In this document: piece after piece, positions 55,170-64,000 of the stretch
Numbering within the stretch: the stretch's first letter is position 1
Layout of the letters: each line of letters starts with the position of its first letter
Assembly: GCA_040384765.1 (NCBI GenBank)
Contig: JAZKIQ010000004.1
Location: 71,424-135,423, forward strand
DNA from: Patescibacteria group bacterium
Lineage (GTDB): Bacteria; Patescibacteriota; Minisyncoccia; Phycocordibacterales; JBBUBG01
Direction of reading: 5' to 3'
Length of the DNA stretch: 64,000 bases
Notes under the pieces: model-generated
Seen by the model: the letters and a program-made list of their open reading frames with translations, nothing else
What the model was told of the DNA's origin: nothing
Databases searched by the model: none
Translations under genes and position numbers: made by a program

Positions 55170-55695
55170 TACAGCGCCGGTAGAATCGTTCTGGAACCCG
55201 ATTCGTCGCATGTTCGCCTTGTGGGTCGTTGTATTGCTCATTGGGTTCTACGGGACACAATACGGACAGGATAAAGGTCCTACTACGACGAACGTGATCT
55301 GGCTCGTGCTCGGTCTCCTTGGGGTCGGGTATATGAAAAAGGTGATGCCATTTTCTGATCCGGTCTACGGTCCTCCAAACAAGAAGATCTTCTGGGCGTG
55401 GTTTGCGATCGTTTTCGGCGGCATTGCGCTTACGCAGGCCTCTTTCTACTACCAGCCGCTCACTATGTTTGTGCCGTATCTTGGCGCACTCTGGCTCTTT
55501 CTCATGGCTCTTGGTCATGCGATTACCGGACTCGTCGACAAGAAGAGCCTTGCAAACGTGTACGCAGCAACGACAGTGCTCCAGGTTCTCGCAGGACTCT
55601 TTATTATCTTCGTACCAATGCTGATGGGTCCGCAGTTTCTCTTTGCTGGTGTGGTAAGTGCGCTCGCCATGGTTCTACTCATTGCATTCGCTTAG
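55153..55695 (+). CDS. Six-TM membrane protein, hypothetical
   Basis: Hydrophobic throughout; overlaps the upstream gene. Confidence 0.75.
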   Translation: MNQPLDTAPVESFWNPIRRMFALWVVVLLIGFYGTQYGQDKGPTTTNVIWLVLGLLGVGYMKKVMPFSDPVYGPPNKKIFWAWFAIVFGGIALTQASFYYQPLTMFVPYLGALWLFLMALGHAITGLVDKKSLANVYAATTVLQVLAGLFIIFVPMLMGPQFLFAGVVSALAMVLLIAFA

Positions 55696-55696
55696 C

Positions 55697-56824
55697 ATGA
55701 ACTCATCTAAAGAAATCGTATACGATTACGCTATTGTGGGCGGCGGCATAGCTGGCCTTTCGACTGCGTATCACCTCGTTCGCGACGGGCATAGTGTTGT
55801 TGTATTCGACCGAGACAACTGTCTTTCAAACGCTAGCTTCAACTCTACGGCTATCACGTCCCACGACCCTGACTGCGACTGGGACAAGGTTATCGAAAAG
55901 TTTGGCATAGAGGGTGCTCGAGATATCTGGAAGCTCGGAGAGCATTCGATGAAGATGCTTGCTGAGTATGCGCACAAGGTGAACCCGCATTTTGTGGCAA
56001 AGCGCTTGCCTGCACATATCTTTTCAACATCTGCAAAGATGGATGAGATTGTGGCCTCGAAGTATGAGCTATATAAAAAGCTCGGTGGGCATGCAACGCT
56101 CATAAAAGAGGGAAGTACCATATTCAAAACGTTTCGAACGGTTCTTACCGTAGAGGCGGAAGGGCAGTCGAACAACCAGGCGCTCCTCAAGACTCTTGTG
56201 CGTGCCGTGAAATATCATGGTGGCAAGATTCTTACCTATGCGCCGGTCAGTGAGGTGAAGGAGGAGAAGGGCGCATCCACCATTGTCTACAAAGAGGGTG
56301 ATTCTCTGCGTGCAAAGAAGGTGCTGTTTGCAACGGGCGAGGGTGCGCTGCATCCGGCGCTTATGGGCCTCACGGTAAAGCGACGTACCTTTGTTATGGC
56401 GTACGATAAGCAGGATATTCCAAAGCCATTTCGCGGCTCTGTGCTGTGGGATATGGCCGATCCGTACCATTACATTCGTTCCTTCCGTGGCAGGACCGTC
56501 TGGGTGGGAGGGAGCGATATTCTGGATAGCGACTACGACCCAAAAAAGGATGATAGTTACTATGGCGCAGTAGACAAGTTTGCGCACGACACGCTTCTTT
56601 TCGATAGTACCTACAAAAAGTCGGGACAGTGGTCAGGTACGTTTTATCCTGCAAAAGATATCGAAGTACCCTACATTGGCGAGATCCCAGGATCGAGCAA
56701 CTATGCGAACCTTGGTTTCGGAGGCACCGGTATTTTGATGTCGTTTGTATCGGGGTATCTGTTTGCCTCATGGGCAAAGGGGAAGGAGACGGGGTACAAA
56801 AAATACTTCGCACTCGACCGCTAG
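55697..56824 (+). CDS. FAD-dependent oxidoreductase (DadA/PuuB-like)
   Basis: IVGGGIAGLSTAYHL, ASFNS, PYHYIR, PYIG, GFGGTGI. Confidence 0.9.
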   Translation: MNSSKEIVYDYAIVGGGIAGLSTAYHLVRDGHSVVVFDRDNCLSNASFNSTAITSHDPDCDWDKVIEKFGIEGARDIWKLGEHSMKMLAEYAHKVNPHFVAKRLPAHIFSTSAKMDEIVASKYELYKKLGGHATLIKEGSTIFKTFRTVLTVEAEGQSNNQALLKTLVRAVKYHGGKILTYAPVSEVKEEKGASTIVYKEGDSLRAKKVLFATGEGALHPALMGLTVKRRTFVMAYDKQDIPKPFRGSVLWDMADPYHYIRSFRGRTVWVGGSDILDSDYDPKKDDSYYGAVDKFAHDTLLFDSTYKKSGQWSGTFYPAKDIEVPYIGEIPGSSNYANLGFGGTGILMSFVSGYLFASWAKGKETGYKKYFALDR

Positions 56825-56830
56825 GCTCTC

Positions 56831-57694
56831 ATGAACGACTGGCTTCTCGATGCTTTTTCGCAGGCGAAAGCTATTACGAATCGTGCGAGTACCACTTACG
56901 CGCTCGCGTTTCGTTTCTTTCCTTCGGATATTCGTGACGCTGGGTACGCGATGTATGCTTTTTTCCGTACTGCCGATGATATTGTCGACGTAGGGAAGGG
57001 TAACCTCGACGATATTCGACGGTTCCGTGATTCGTGGGAGAAGGCACTTGAGGGTGATAGGGCAATACCTCTCCTTGCTGGAGCAGCGTATGTCTTTAAA
57101 AAATATTCTATTCCGGTTACACTCACTGATGAGTTTTTTCGAGCAATGGAGATGGATGCTGTGGGCCACTGTTACGAAACGTTCTCGGACCTAGAAGTGT
57201 ATATGAATGGGGCCGCAGGAACAGTGGGGGAGGTTATGGCGCACGTAATCGGTTTTTCAAGTTCTGAAGCCCTCGTAAGCAGCCGACAACTTGGCGTTGC
57301 TGCCCAGCTCACCAACATCTTGCGGGACGTCCGTGAAGATTATGATATGTATGGTCGCGTGTATATTCCCACAGAGACTCTTGATCAATTCGCTGTAACG
57401 CCGGCAGATATCGCTGATTGCCGCATGAGTCCTGCGATGAGAAATCTCATTCGCGACCTACTCGAAAGGAACCGGTTGATCTATTCGCACGCAGAGGTGG
57501 GACTCCGCGGGCTCTCAGAGCGAGGCCAGCTCGGCGTGCGTCTTATGGCGCGCTCCTCTCGCGAGATTCTAAGAGCGATCGAACGTAACAATTTTAATGT
57601 ATTTGAATCACGCGCAACCATACCGACATGGACAAGGGTAAGGCTATTATCATCGGCGGCGGTATCGGCGGTCTTGGGACAGCCCTCCTTTTAG
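56831..57694 (+). CDS. crtB: Phytoene synthase family protein
   Basis: YAFFRTADDIVD, AMEMD, AGTVG, LGVAAQLTNILRDVRED, GRVYIP. Confidence 0.92.
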   Translation: MNDWLLDAFSQAKAITNRASTTYALAFRFFPSDIRDAGYAMYAFFRTADDIVDVGKGNLDDIRRFRDSWEKALEGDRAIPLLAGAAYVFKKYSIPVTLTDEFFRAMEMDAVGHCYETFSDLEVYMNGAAGTVGEVMAHVIGFSSSEALVSSRQLGVAAQLTNILRDVREDYDMYGRVYIPTETLDQFAVTPADIADCRMSPAMRNLIRDLLERNRLIYSHAEVGLRGLSERGQLGVRLMARSSREILRAIERNNFNVFESRATIPTWTRVRLLSSAAVSAVLGQPSF

Positions 57695-59097
57695 GGAGAG
57701 CTGGCTATCGGGTCACTCTTTTTGAGAAGAACTCCACGCTTGGCGGAGTGTGTAATCGTTTTTCGGAGAATGGGTTTACCTTCGATACCGGCCCGTCGTG
57801 GTATATGTGGCACGAAGCGTATGAGCAGTTTTTTAAAGCTGCTGGGACGAGTGCAGAGCAGGAGCTTCGTCTTGTGCGGCTTGAACCCACAGCCCGCGTT
57901 TTTGGGGTAAACGAATCCTTTGATCTCGTCCCGAGCGAGGAGGCGATGGCGAATACGTATGAGCATCTTGAGACAGGCGCAGGAGAGCGGTTTCGCGAAT
58001 ATCTTGCCGATGGACGCCGCAAATATCGGTTGGCACAGGAGTACTTTCTCGAGAGCAATTTCAATTCAAAAATCGAAGCGTTTCTTTCAAGCTTTATTTT
58101 CAAACTCGGTCCCGGCGTGCTCTGGGGGAGTATGGAGCGCGAACTCGCGAAGCGATTCAAGCACCCGCTGGTTGAAGCTGCGATCATGCTTCCGGGGGCA
58201 TTTCTGGGAGCTCCGCCAGGCCGGACCTCGTCACTCTTTACCTTGATGAACTCAATAGAGACCGACGGGGGAGTTTCGCATCCGATGGGTGGCATGTACA
58301 CCATCGTGGAAGCTCTTGTGCGGCTCGGTAAGGCTGCGGGGGTGGAGTATCGCATTGATATGCCTGTAGTGAAGATCCAGACCGCTGGCGGACGGACTAC
58401 GGGTGTGGTGCTTGGCTCCGGCGAGCGCCACAATGCCGATCTTGTTGTGGCCGCCAACGACCGTGCGTTTATAGAACGAAACCTGCTTGAGCCGAGAGAG
58501 CGGGAATTTCCAGAGTCGTACTGGGCTTCGCGCGAAAAAACATTTTCGTGCCTACTTCTTTACTTGGGAGTGCGGGGGAAGTTGGAGAGGCTCACGCACC
58601 ATAATGTTTTTTTTGCTCAAAATTGGAAGAAGCATTTTGAGGAGATTGAAGCTGGTGTGCTTCCGTCTGACCCAAATATTTTCGTGGACATGCCAAGTGC
58701 AACCGATCCATCGGTTGCGCCAGAAGGGTCCGAAAATCTGTTTGTTTTAATCCCAATTGCTCCGCGGGAATACGAGACAGGGGAGCTCGAAATGTATGGC
58801 GATAGAATAATCGACAAGCTCGCAGCTCTTTTTGGTGAGCCTGATCTCGGCGAGCGAATCGTTGTGCGCAGGCAGTTTGGCGGCGCAGATTTTTCTCACA
58901 CATACAATGCGTTTGGTAACACTGCATTTGGTGTAAGCCACTCCCTTTTCCAGAGCGCCTGGTGGCGGCCGAACAACGTACACTCAAAGATTAAAAATCT
59001 TTTCTTTGTTGGCGCATCAACCAATCCTGGCATTGGAGTACCAACCTGTCTTCTTTCTGCCATTCGCGTAGCCCGCCGCATAGGATTGCAAAAGTAG
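57628..59097 (+). CDS. crtI: Phytoene desaturase (CrtI family)
   Basis: IIGGGIGGL, FTFDTGPSW, PMGGM, PSATDPSVAPEG, NLFFVGASTNPGIGVP. Confidence 0.92.
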   Translation: MDKGKAIIIGGGIGGLGTALLLGRAGYRVTLFEKNSTLGGVCNRFSENGFTFDTGPSWYMWHEAYEQFFKAAGTSAEQELRLVRLEPTARVFGVNESFDLVPSEEAMANTYEHLETGAGERFREYLADGRRKYRLAQEYFLESNFNSKIEAFLSSFIFKLGPGVLWGSMERELAKRFKHPLVEAAIMLPGAFLGAPPGRTSSLFTLMNSIETDGGVSHPMGGMYTIVEALVRLGKAAGVEYRIDMPVVKIQTAGGRTTGVVLGSGERHNADLVVAANDRAFIERNLLEPREREFPESYWASREKTFSCLLLYLGVRGKLERLTHHNVFFAQNWKKHFEEIEAGVLPSDPNIFVDMPSATDPSVAPEGSENLFVLIPIAPREYETGELEMYGDRIIDKLAALFGEPDLGERIVVRRQFGGADFSHTYNAFGNTAFGVSHSLFQSAWWRPNNVHSKIKNLFFVGASTNPGIGVPTCLLSAIRVARRIGLQK

Positions 59098-59181
59098 TAA
59101 AAGTATGGTATAATATATCCCAGAAAGAGCAGACCTAGACTCGGCAAACGACCGTCTTTAGGAAGCTCAAGGAGGCTGACC

Positions 59182-59538
59182 ATGTCCAAAGGCGACATGC
59201 TTAGCATTGTGAAGGCGATCCTTTCGATGCTCGCGATCACTCCAGACAAGACGCTCCGGAACGTGCACGAGCTGCTACTCCTGCTCACGGATACATACAA
59301 GAGGGAGGCATGCTGCGCGGCTTTCGGCCGGTTTGTTGAGGAGCAGATATACGCATCACCGAATGATGCTAGTCATTATTTGCTCCTCAACATGGACCCA
59401 GCAACTGTCAATTTGCAGGCGATTCTCGAGTTGGAGCTTGGAGTCGCAAAGGGGTCAACCATGCTGAGGGGTTCCTTCACTAAACTTCAGCGTGGATCTA
59501 TTTATGTGGTGTTGATCAACTACCGTCGCGTAGCTTAA
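59182..59538 (+). CDS. Hypothetical protein
   Basis: AGGAGG upstream and hairpin downstream; no recognised motif. Confidence 0.55.
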   Translation: MSKGDMLSIVKAILSMLAITPDKTLRNVHELLLLLTDTYKREACCAAFGRFVEEQIYASPNDASHYLLLNMDPATVNLQAILELELGVAKGSTMLRGSFTKLQRGSIYVVLINYRRVA

Positions 59539-59549
59539 ACACTTTCCCG

Positions 59550-59577
59550 GCCGGTTCGATCGTAAGATCGAACCGGC
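59550..59577 (+). terminator. Hairpin, probable terminator
   Basis: gccggttcgatc-gtaa-gatcgaaccggc. Confidence 0.6.
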
Positions 59578-59699
59578 TCGAATTTTTATATACGGTAAAC
59601 CTATATTCCAGGTGATTACCCCGGAATGACATCCCGTACATGCACAGCATTCTGTTTCCCCAGCCTAAGCGAGCTACGTGAACAAAATTTCGAGATGAG

Positions 59700-59791
59700 G
59701 GTTTTACCTTTTGAAAGACTAGATGAGGCGACGGCCGAATCTCGAGGAAATTTCTAGTAAGAAATTATCCGTACTTTCAAAAGGTAAAACC
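59700..59791 (+). repeat. Family A copy 4 (divergent, opposite orientation)
   Basis: 18-bp arms ggttttaccttttgaaag / ctttcaaaaggtaaaacc around ACTAG...CTCGAGGAA...TATCCGT. Confidence 0.82.
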
Positions 59792-59825
59792 GGAATCGAA
59801 GAGTATTTTGTGCTCTAGCGAGCCC

Positions 59826-61730
59826 CTATTTTGTTTTAAACTCGTACACCCCCTCCCACTTCTCGGGAGGCTCTGCGAGAAAATGTTCACAACGTTCAAA
59901 GAGGAGCTTGCTCGGAGCATCGACATGATCGGAAAGGATTTTTTTGAACAGTTCTGCGGCTCTGGAAAATTCACCATGGTAGTAGAGGTCGCGTGCCTGG
60001 TTGAAGAAGGGGAGTATTGATTTCACTGTTTCTCGTTTTGCATTTTCTGCAATCTCGTAGATGGTGGCTGGTAGCTTCTTGCCCTTCACTTTTATCTTGT
60101 CGAGTTCGCGTACGACATATTTCCCCTCGGGAAGGGCTTTGATGGTAGCTTCGGCCGCGAGGATATGCACACCGTACGTTTTTGTTTGGCTTTCAAGGCG
60201 CGAGGCGAGATTTACCGTATCTCCCATCACGGTATAGTCGAATCGCTCGTTTGAGCCCATGTTTCCTGCCACCACGGGGCCGGTATTAAGGCCGATGCCG
60301 ATATCGATTGGCGGCTCACCGTTGGCCGCAGACTCTCCATTGAATGCAGCGAGAGCGTCGATCATCTCAAGCGATGCTTCGACTGCATCCTCTGCCTGGC
60401 GAGGGTTATCAAGAGGGGCACCCCAAAAGGCCATGATCGCGTCGCCGATATATTTGTCTACGACGCCACGGCGGGCAAGCGCGATATCGGTCATGCGCGT
60501 TAGGTATTTGTTGAGAAACTGCACAAGGCCCGTTGCCGTAAGCGATTCGGAGAGGGTGGTAAAGCCACGCACGTCCGAAAAGAATACGGTTGCCTCTTTC
60601 TCGTCTCCGCCGAGCTTTACCTTTGAAGGGTCGCGCAGGATCTCTTCGAGAATGTCGCGAGAAACATATTTCGAAAAAGCTTGCCGCATCTCGCGCCGCG
60701 ATCGCTCAGTAATGAAATAGCGATAGGCAAAAAGAGATGCCGTCGAGACGATCCAGGCAAGCGCCAGGTGCAGGAGATTGGCGATGATACCTATGTCAAA
60801 AAGAAGAAGGGCTGCACCAAGCGACACGATGCCAAGAAGGGAATTTGTTGCGATGGCATTGCTTGCGCGGGAGAGGAAGATAAATGATGCTCCTGCGCAT
60901 AGAGCAGAGAGGAGGAGTATGAGCATCATGAGGCCTCGCGAGATCGGCACCAGAGATTCTCCGCGTGCAAGCATCTGGATTGCATGTGCTTGCAGCTCAA
61001 CGCCACTCATCGCCTTGCCGTTTGAGGTGGGCACTACCTGTTCGTCGTGCAGATCTGAGGCCGTTGCTCCGATCAATACGAGCTTTCCTTCGAGGCTTGC
61101 TGCTACTGATTCGTCGGTAAGGAGTTCCAAGACACTGACGGTACGAAAGTCTCCGGGTGCGCCTCTGAATACGATTCGTGAAGGTGTTTTTGGTGGGTTT
61201 TCAAGCGAAGGGGAAAGGAGTTTGGCATTTTGCCATGCAAACGAATCCGCGAGCTGTGCGCTACGCACCACGCCATCTGGGTCAACAACAAACTGTACTT
61301 GGCCAAGGGATACGGTTGGCTTTTCGCGAAAGAGGGGGAGGGGGAGAAGAGGCGGATTCTCTTCGCGTGGCATTACGACAGGAAAAGGGGTGCTGGAGAG
61401 CGTGCGGGCGAACGCGGCGTCGTCCTGTTTGCCTAAGCGTGACTCTTCAGAAAGAATGACGTCGAATCCAACCCCAAGCGGCGGATGCTTGCTGAGCTTT
61501 GCAAAGATCTGTGCGTACACCTCGCGCGGCCATGGCCACTGGCCTATCGAATGGATCGACTCGCTGTCGATGACGAGAATGACGATGCGGGGGTCGATAT
61601 CCTTTCGGGTGAAGAGGCGATCTTCGAGCGCCCGCTCGGGCCCAGCAAAAAGCCCAAGCGCAAAGCTGCCGGTTACGAGAATGCCCGATGCGAGGGCGGT
61701 GAGGAGCATGCCAGTGCGATCTGTTTTCAT
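59826..61730 (-). CDS. CHASE2-domain class III adenylate cyclase
   Basis: GQWPWPR, DPDGVVR, GVELQA, three TMs, FSDVRGFT, DKYIGDAIM, YTVMGDTVNLASRLE, C-terminal TPR-like helix. Confidence 0.95.
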   Translation of the reverse strand: MKTDRTGMLLTALASGILVTGSFALGLFAGPERALEDRLFTRKDIDPRIVILVIDSESIHSIGQWPWPREVYAQIFAKLSKHPPLGVGFDVILSEESRLGKQDDAAFARTLSSTPFPVVMPREENPPLLPLPLFREKPTVSLGQVQFVVDPDGVVRSAQLADSFAWQNAKLLSPSLENPPKTPSRIVFRGAPGDFRTVSVLELLTDESVAASLEGKLVLIGATASDLHDEQVVPTSNGKAMSGVELQAHAIQMLARGESLVPISRGLMMLILLLSALCAGASFIFLSRASNAIATNSLLGIVSLGAALLLFDIGIIANLLHLALAWIVSTASLFAYRYFITERSRREMRQAFSKYVSRDILEEILRDPSKVKLGGDEKEATVFFSDVRGFTTLSESLTATGLVQFLNKYLTRMTDIALARRGVVDKYIGDAIMAFWGAPLDNPRQAEDAVEASLEMIDALAAFNGESAANGEPPIDIGIGLNTGPVVAGNMGSNERFDYTVMGDTVNLASRLESQTKTYGVHILAAEATIKALPEGKYVVRELDKIKVKGKKLPATIYEIAENAKRETVKSILPFFNQARDLYYHGEFSRAAELFKKILSDHVDAPSKLLFERCEHFLAEPPEKWEGVYEFKTK

Positions 61731-61754
61731 GAAGTACGAGTCTCTGGGTATGCC

Positions 61755-63137
61755 TTAAATAGCGAGATCACTCTCTGTTGCGGCAGAAGCCTGCACTTTG
61801 AAGAACCCAGATGAGATCACATCCTCCTTTCCGGTCTCTGGATTTACCAGTATGGCAGCGATAGTGCCGGGTGCTTCGCCTGCCTCAGAGACAGAAGAGT
61901 CTAATTTTGCGGTGAACACGCCATCTGCTCCAATGGCGCCAACGCCTCCGATCACTTTCCATCGAAATCCAGCTGAAACTTTCTCCGGCACGCCGTTCGC
62001 TCCTGTGCGATAGAGGGTGAAGCTAACAGACTCTCCTTCGGTAAGCGATGTGAAAGCGCGCGATGGCTTTATTGCAAATTTTACTGTTGTTGGCGTGGCA
62101 GTTGTTCCCGCTGGCTGGGATACACTTGTGGTGTTGGTTGTTTCTGTGCGAGTCGTTGTTTGTATCGATGTGGGAGCCGTTTGGCGAATGGGGGTAACGG
62201 TAGGAACAGGGGTTTTAACCGAGCCTGCTGTTGGCTCGAGAAGAGGTTTTTGTTCGATGCGCAGTCTTAGATCTTGCTCGATCGTTTTGCGAAGCTCGAT
62301 GCGGAACTCTGTCTCAAGGGGATTTTTCTTGCGGAGCTCATCTACTCGCTTGTTGAGAAGCGTATCTTCGGTGAGCGCCTCTTTGACCCAGGCTCTCGCT
62401 TTTATCTCTGGGGAAAGGGGGACGGTTCGTATCTCTTCTGGAAGCACCGTCGCAAGCTTTTTTCCTTGGGTCACGGCGAGGGCGATTTTTTGCACAGATA
62501 TATCGGTAATATCGATCGCTTTCCCTTCACCAAGCATGAGCTCTGCGTCGGGAAGAGCTTTTTTTGTTTTTGGGTGAACAATACGGAGCGCAACTGTGTG
62601 CTCGTTGCCTACAAAACTCGTCTTGCCTTTTACGAGGCTCGTACCAAAGGCGGTGCCACGCACGGTGGCTACTGCGTGCGGTGTCGTCACCTCCCAGGTG
62701 GAGTCTGGAGTAGCGAGAGACACAATTTTTGACCAGATGTTGCCGGCAAGGAGGGTGATCTTTGCGGAGAGCTTTCCGCTTGCGGGGTCATACGCTCCGT
62801 CGGTGAGGGTTATGCGACTTTTTTCATCAAGGCGAAGTGCTGAGCCGTCAGGGAATACCACGTTTGCATGGGTTGCAGCTTCTGTGCCCAGCGTCGAGCC
62901 TTTCTCGACGGCATCGCCGTCTTTGAGTTCTGCTTTTTTGGTTGCACCATCTGCCTCAAAAAGGAACACGTGTCCGCGCACGATAAAGAGGTGTGCCCGT
63001 GTGTCGGCTGTGGTGGTTGCCACTACGCTTGCTGTTTGTATGTTGCCGCTCGAGCCGTTGCCTGTCGAGAGGGCAAATGCCCCGATGCCAAGAACGAGAA
63101 TTGCGCCTGCTCCCCAGATAAGATATTTAGAGTCCAT
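61755..63137 (-). CDS. FecR-domain membrane-anchored protein
   Basis: FPDGSALRLDEKS, EVTTPHAVATVRGTAF; Thr/Pro linker and Ig-like C-terminus. Confidence 0.88.
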   Translation of the reverse strand: MDSKYLIWGAGAILVLGIGAFALSTGNGSSGNIQTASVVATTTADTRAHLFIVRGHVFLFEADGATKKAELKDGDAVEKGSTLGTEAATHANVVFPDGSALRLDEKSRITLTDGAYDPASGKLSAKITLLAGNIWSKIVSLATPDSTWEVTTPHAVATVRGTAFGTSLVKGKTSFVGNEHTVALRIVHPKTKKALPDAELMLGEGKAIDITDISVQKIALAVTQGKKLATVLPEEIRTVPLSPEIKARAWVKEALTEDTLLNKRVDELRKKNPLETEFRIELRKTIEQDLRLRIEQKPLLEPTAGSVKTPVPTVTPIRQTAPTSIQTTTRTETTNTTSVSQPAGTTATPTTVKFAIKPSRAFTSLTEGESVSFTLYRTGANGVPEKVSAGFRWKVIGGVGAIGADGVFTAKLDSSVSEAGEAPGTIAAILVNPETGKEDVISSGFFKVQASAATESDLAI

Positions 63138-63425
63138 CTATGAACGGTAGCGTATTTTAGCCTCTTCTTCAATCACCCCGATCTGCTAAGATGTGTTGAT
63201 GAAAGATCGCTCAAAAGTAGGGGGTAAAAAGGGAGATCCGGCATACCGTACGCCTTCGCGTGTGCGCGTGCAGAATCCGCAGCAGGTTGCCCGAAATCGT
63301 GGTGCTACCAACGCCACCCGCCACCGATTTGGGCGGTAAGATTTCTGCCTAAGTGGGCCCCTTTGCGCATTTTTCTTGGCTTCTGTACTATGGAGGCACT
63401 TTAAAAATCCGCTTAACATACTGCT

Positions 63426-63992
63426 ATGAAAGAACTGATTGTCGCTATCCTTTTCGTCTTGATCGCCTTTGTTGGATCATCGCGCTCCGCACTCTTTGGA
63501 AATGGAGCTGCCGCCCCCTCCGATGGCATTGTGGTGAGCGGGCAGGCAACCTCTACAAATTCGGTAACGGGTGAGACAGGTGAGCCTAAAACCAAGATAG
63601 AGAAAGAAGTATCGAAAGAGGTGCCGGTAAAAAAGGAGGTTGTGAAGACCCCTGTTGTTGTTGCTTCGGATTTTCCTATCACCATGTCTGATGTCTCTGC
63701 GGGCTCAACGGTGACGGTGCCGTCGGTGAGTTTTGATGCCCCGGGGTGGGTCGCTATCCGCGAAAAGGGGACTGCGGGTACGACTTTTGGCGTAACGCTC
63801 GGTGCAACATGGCTTCCAAAGGGCGATCACAAGAATGTGATGGTAGAGCTTCTTCGCCCGACACTCGCAGGCGGTACCTATTTTGTGGTGCTCCATTCCG
63901 ATAACGGAGATAGAAAGTATGAGCGTGCAAACGATCCGATCATCACCCTTTTGGGAGTGGGGAATGCCGCGGTTTCGTTTAAGGCAAACTAG
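63426..63992 (+). CDS. Secreted/anchored beta-sandwich protein, hypothetical
   Basis: Signal anchor; VSFDAPGWVAIRE, LGATWLPKG, YFVVLHSDNGD. Confidence 0.75.
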   Translation: MKELIVAILFVLIAFVGSSRSALFGNGAAAPSDGIVVSGQATSTNSVTGETGEPKTKIEKEVSKEVPVKKEVVKTPVVVASDFPITMSDVSAGSTVTVPSVSFDAPGWVAIREKGTAGTTFGVTLGATWLPKGDHKNVMVELLRPTLAGGTYFVVLHSDNGDRKYERANDPIITLLGVGNAAVSFKAN

Positions 63993-64000
63993 ATCTTTAC

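Noticed and set aside
1-64000. Alternative genetic code (TGA = Gly, as in Gracilibacteria/Absconditabacteria)
   Set aside because: Long conserved genes have no in-frame TGA, and TGA ends genes at plausible positions (e.g. 11727, 22885, 47340).

Overview
A 64 kb stretch of a bacterial chromosome, most likely Patescibacteria (CPR), Parcubacteria-like. This assignment is inferred from CPR-type surface proteins, a trigger factor without its PPIase domain, a short PGK, apparent leaderless genes and TGA used as stop. Housekeeping content: tig, nusA, a type IV pilus cluster, tpiA-pgk, recJ, rnhA, split comEC, the str/S10/spc ribosomal clusters (broken between fusA and tuf and between rplB and rpsS, with no rpmC), secA and typA. 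Accessory content: a copper-protein/carotenoid (crtB-crtI) cluster and a FecR plus CHASE2 adenylate cyclase pair. The most unusual feature is at 52842-53186: a complete tRNA-Pro(CGG) gene sits inside a 138-nt insert that splits a second tRNA-Pro gene in its anticodon arm, followed by a duplicated tRNA 3' end. The intergenic DNA also carries at least two families of dispersed, covarying hairpin or three-way-junction elements with tandem G-A mismatches and copy-specific inverted arms. Some overlap stop codons, extend a protein or supply a promoter box. No transposase, integrase, rRNA or CRISPR array was seen. All calls were made by eye from sequence motifs; no searches or folding programs were run.
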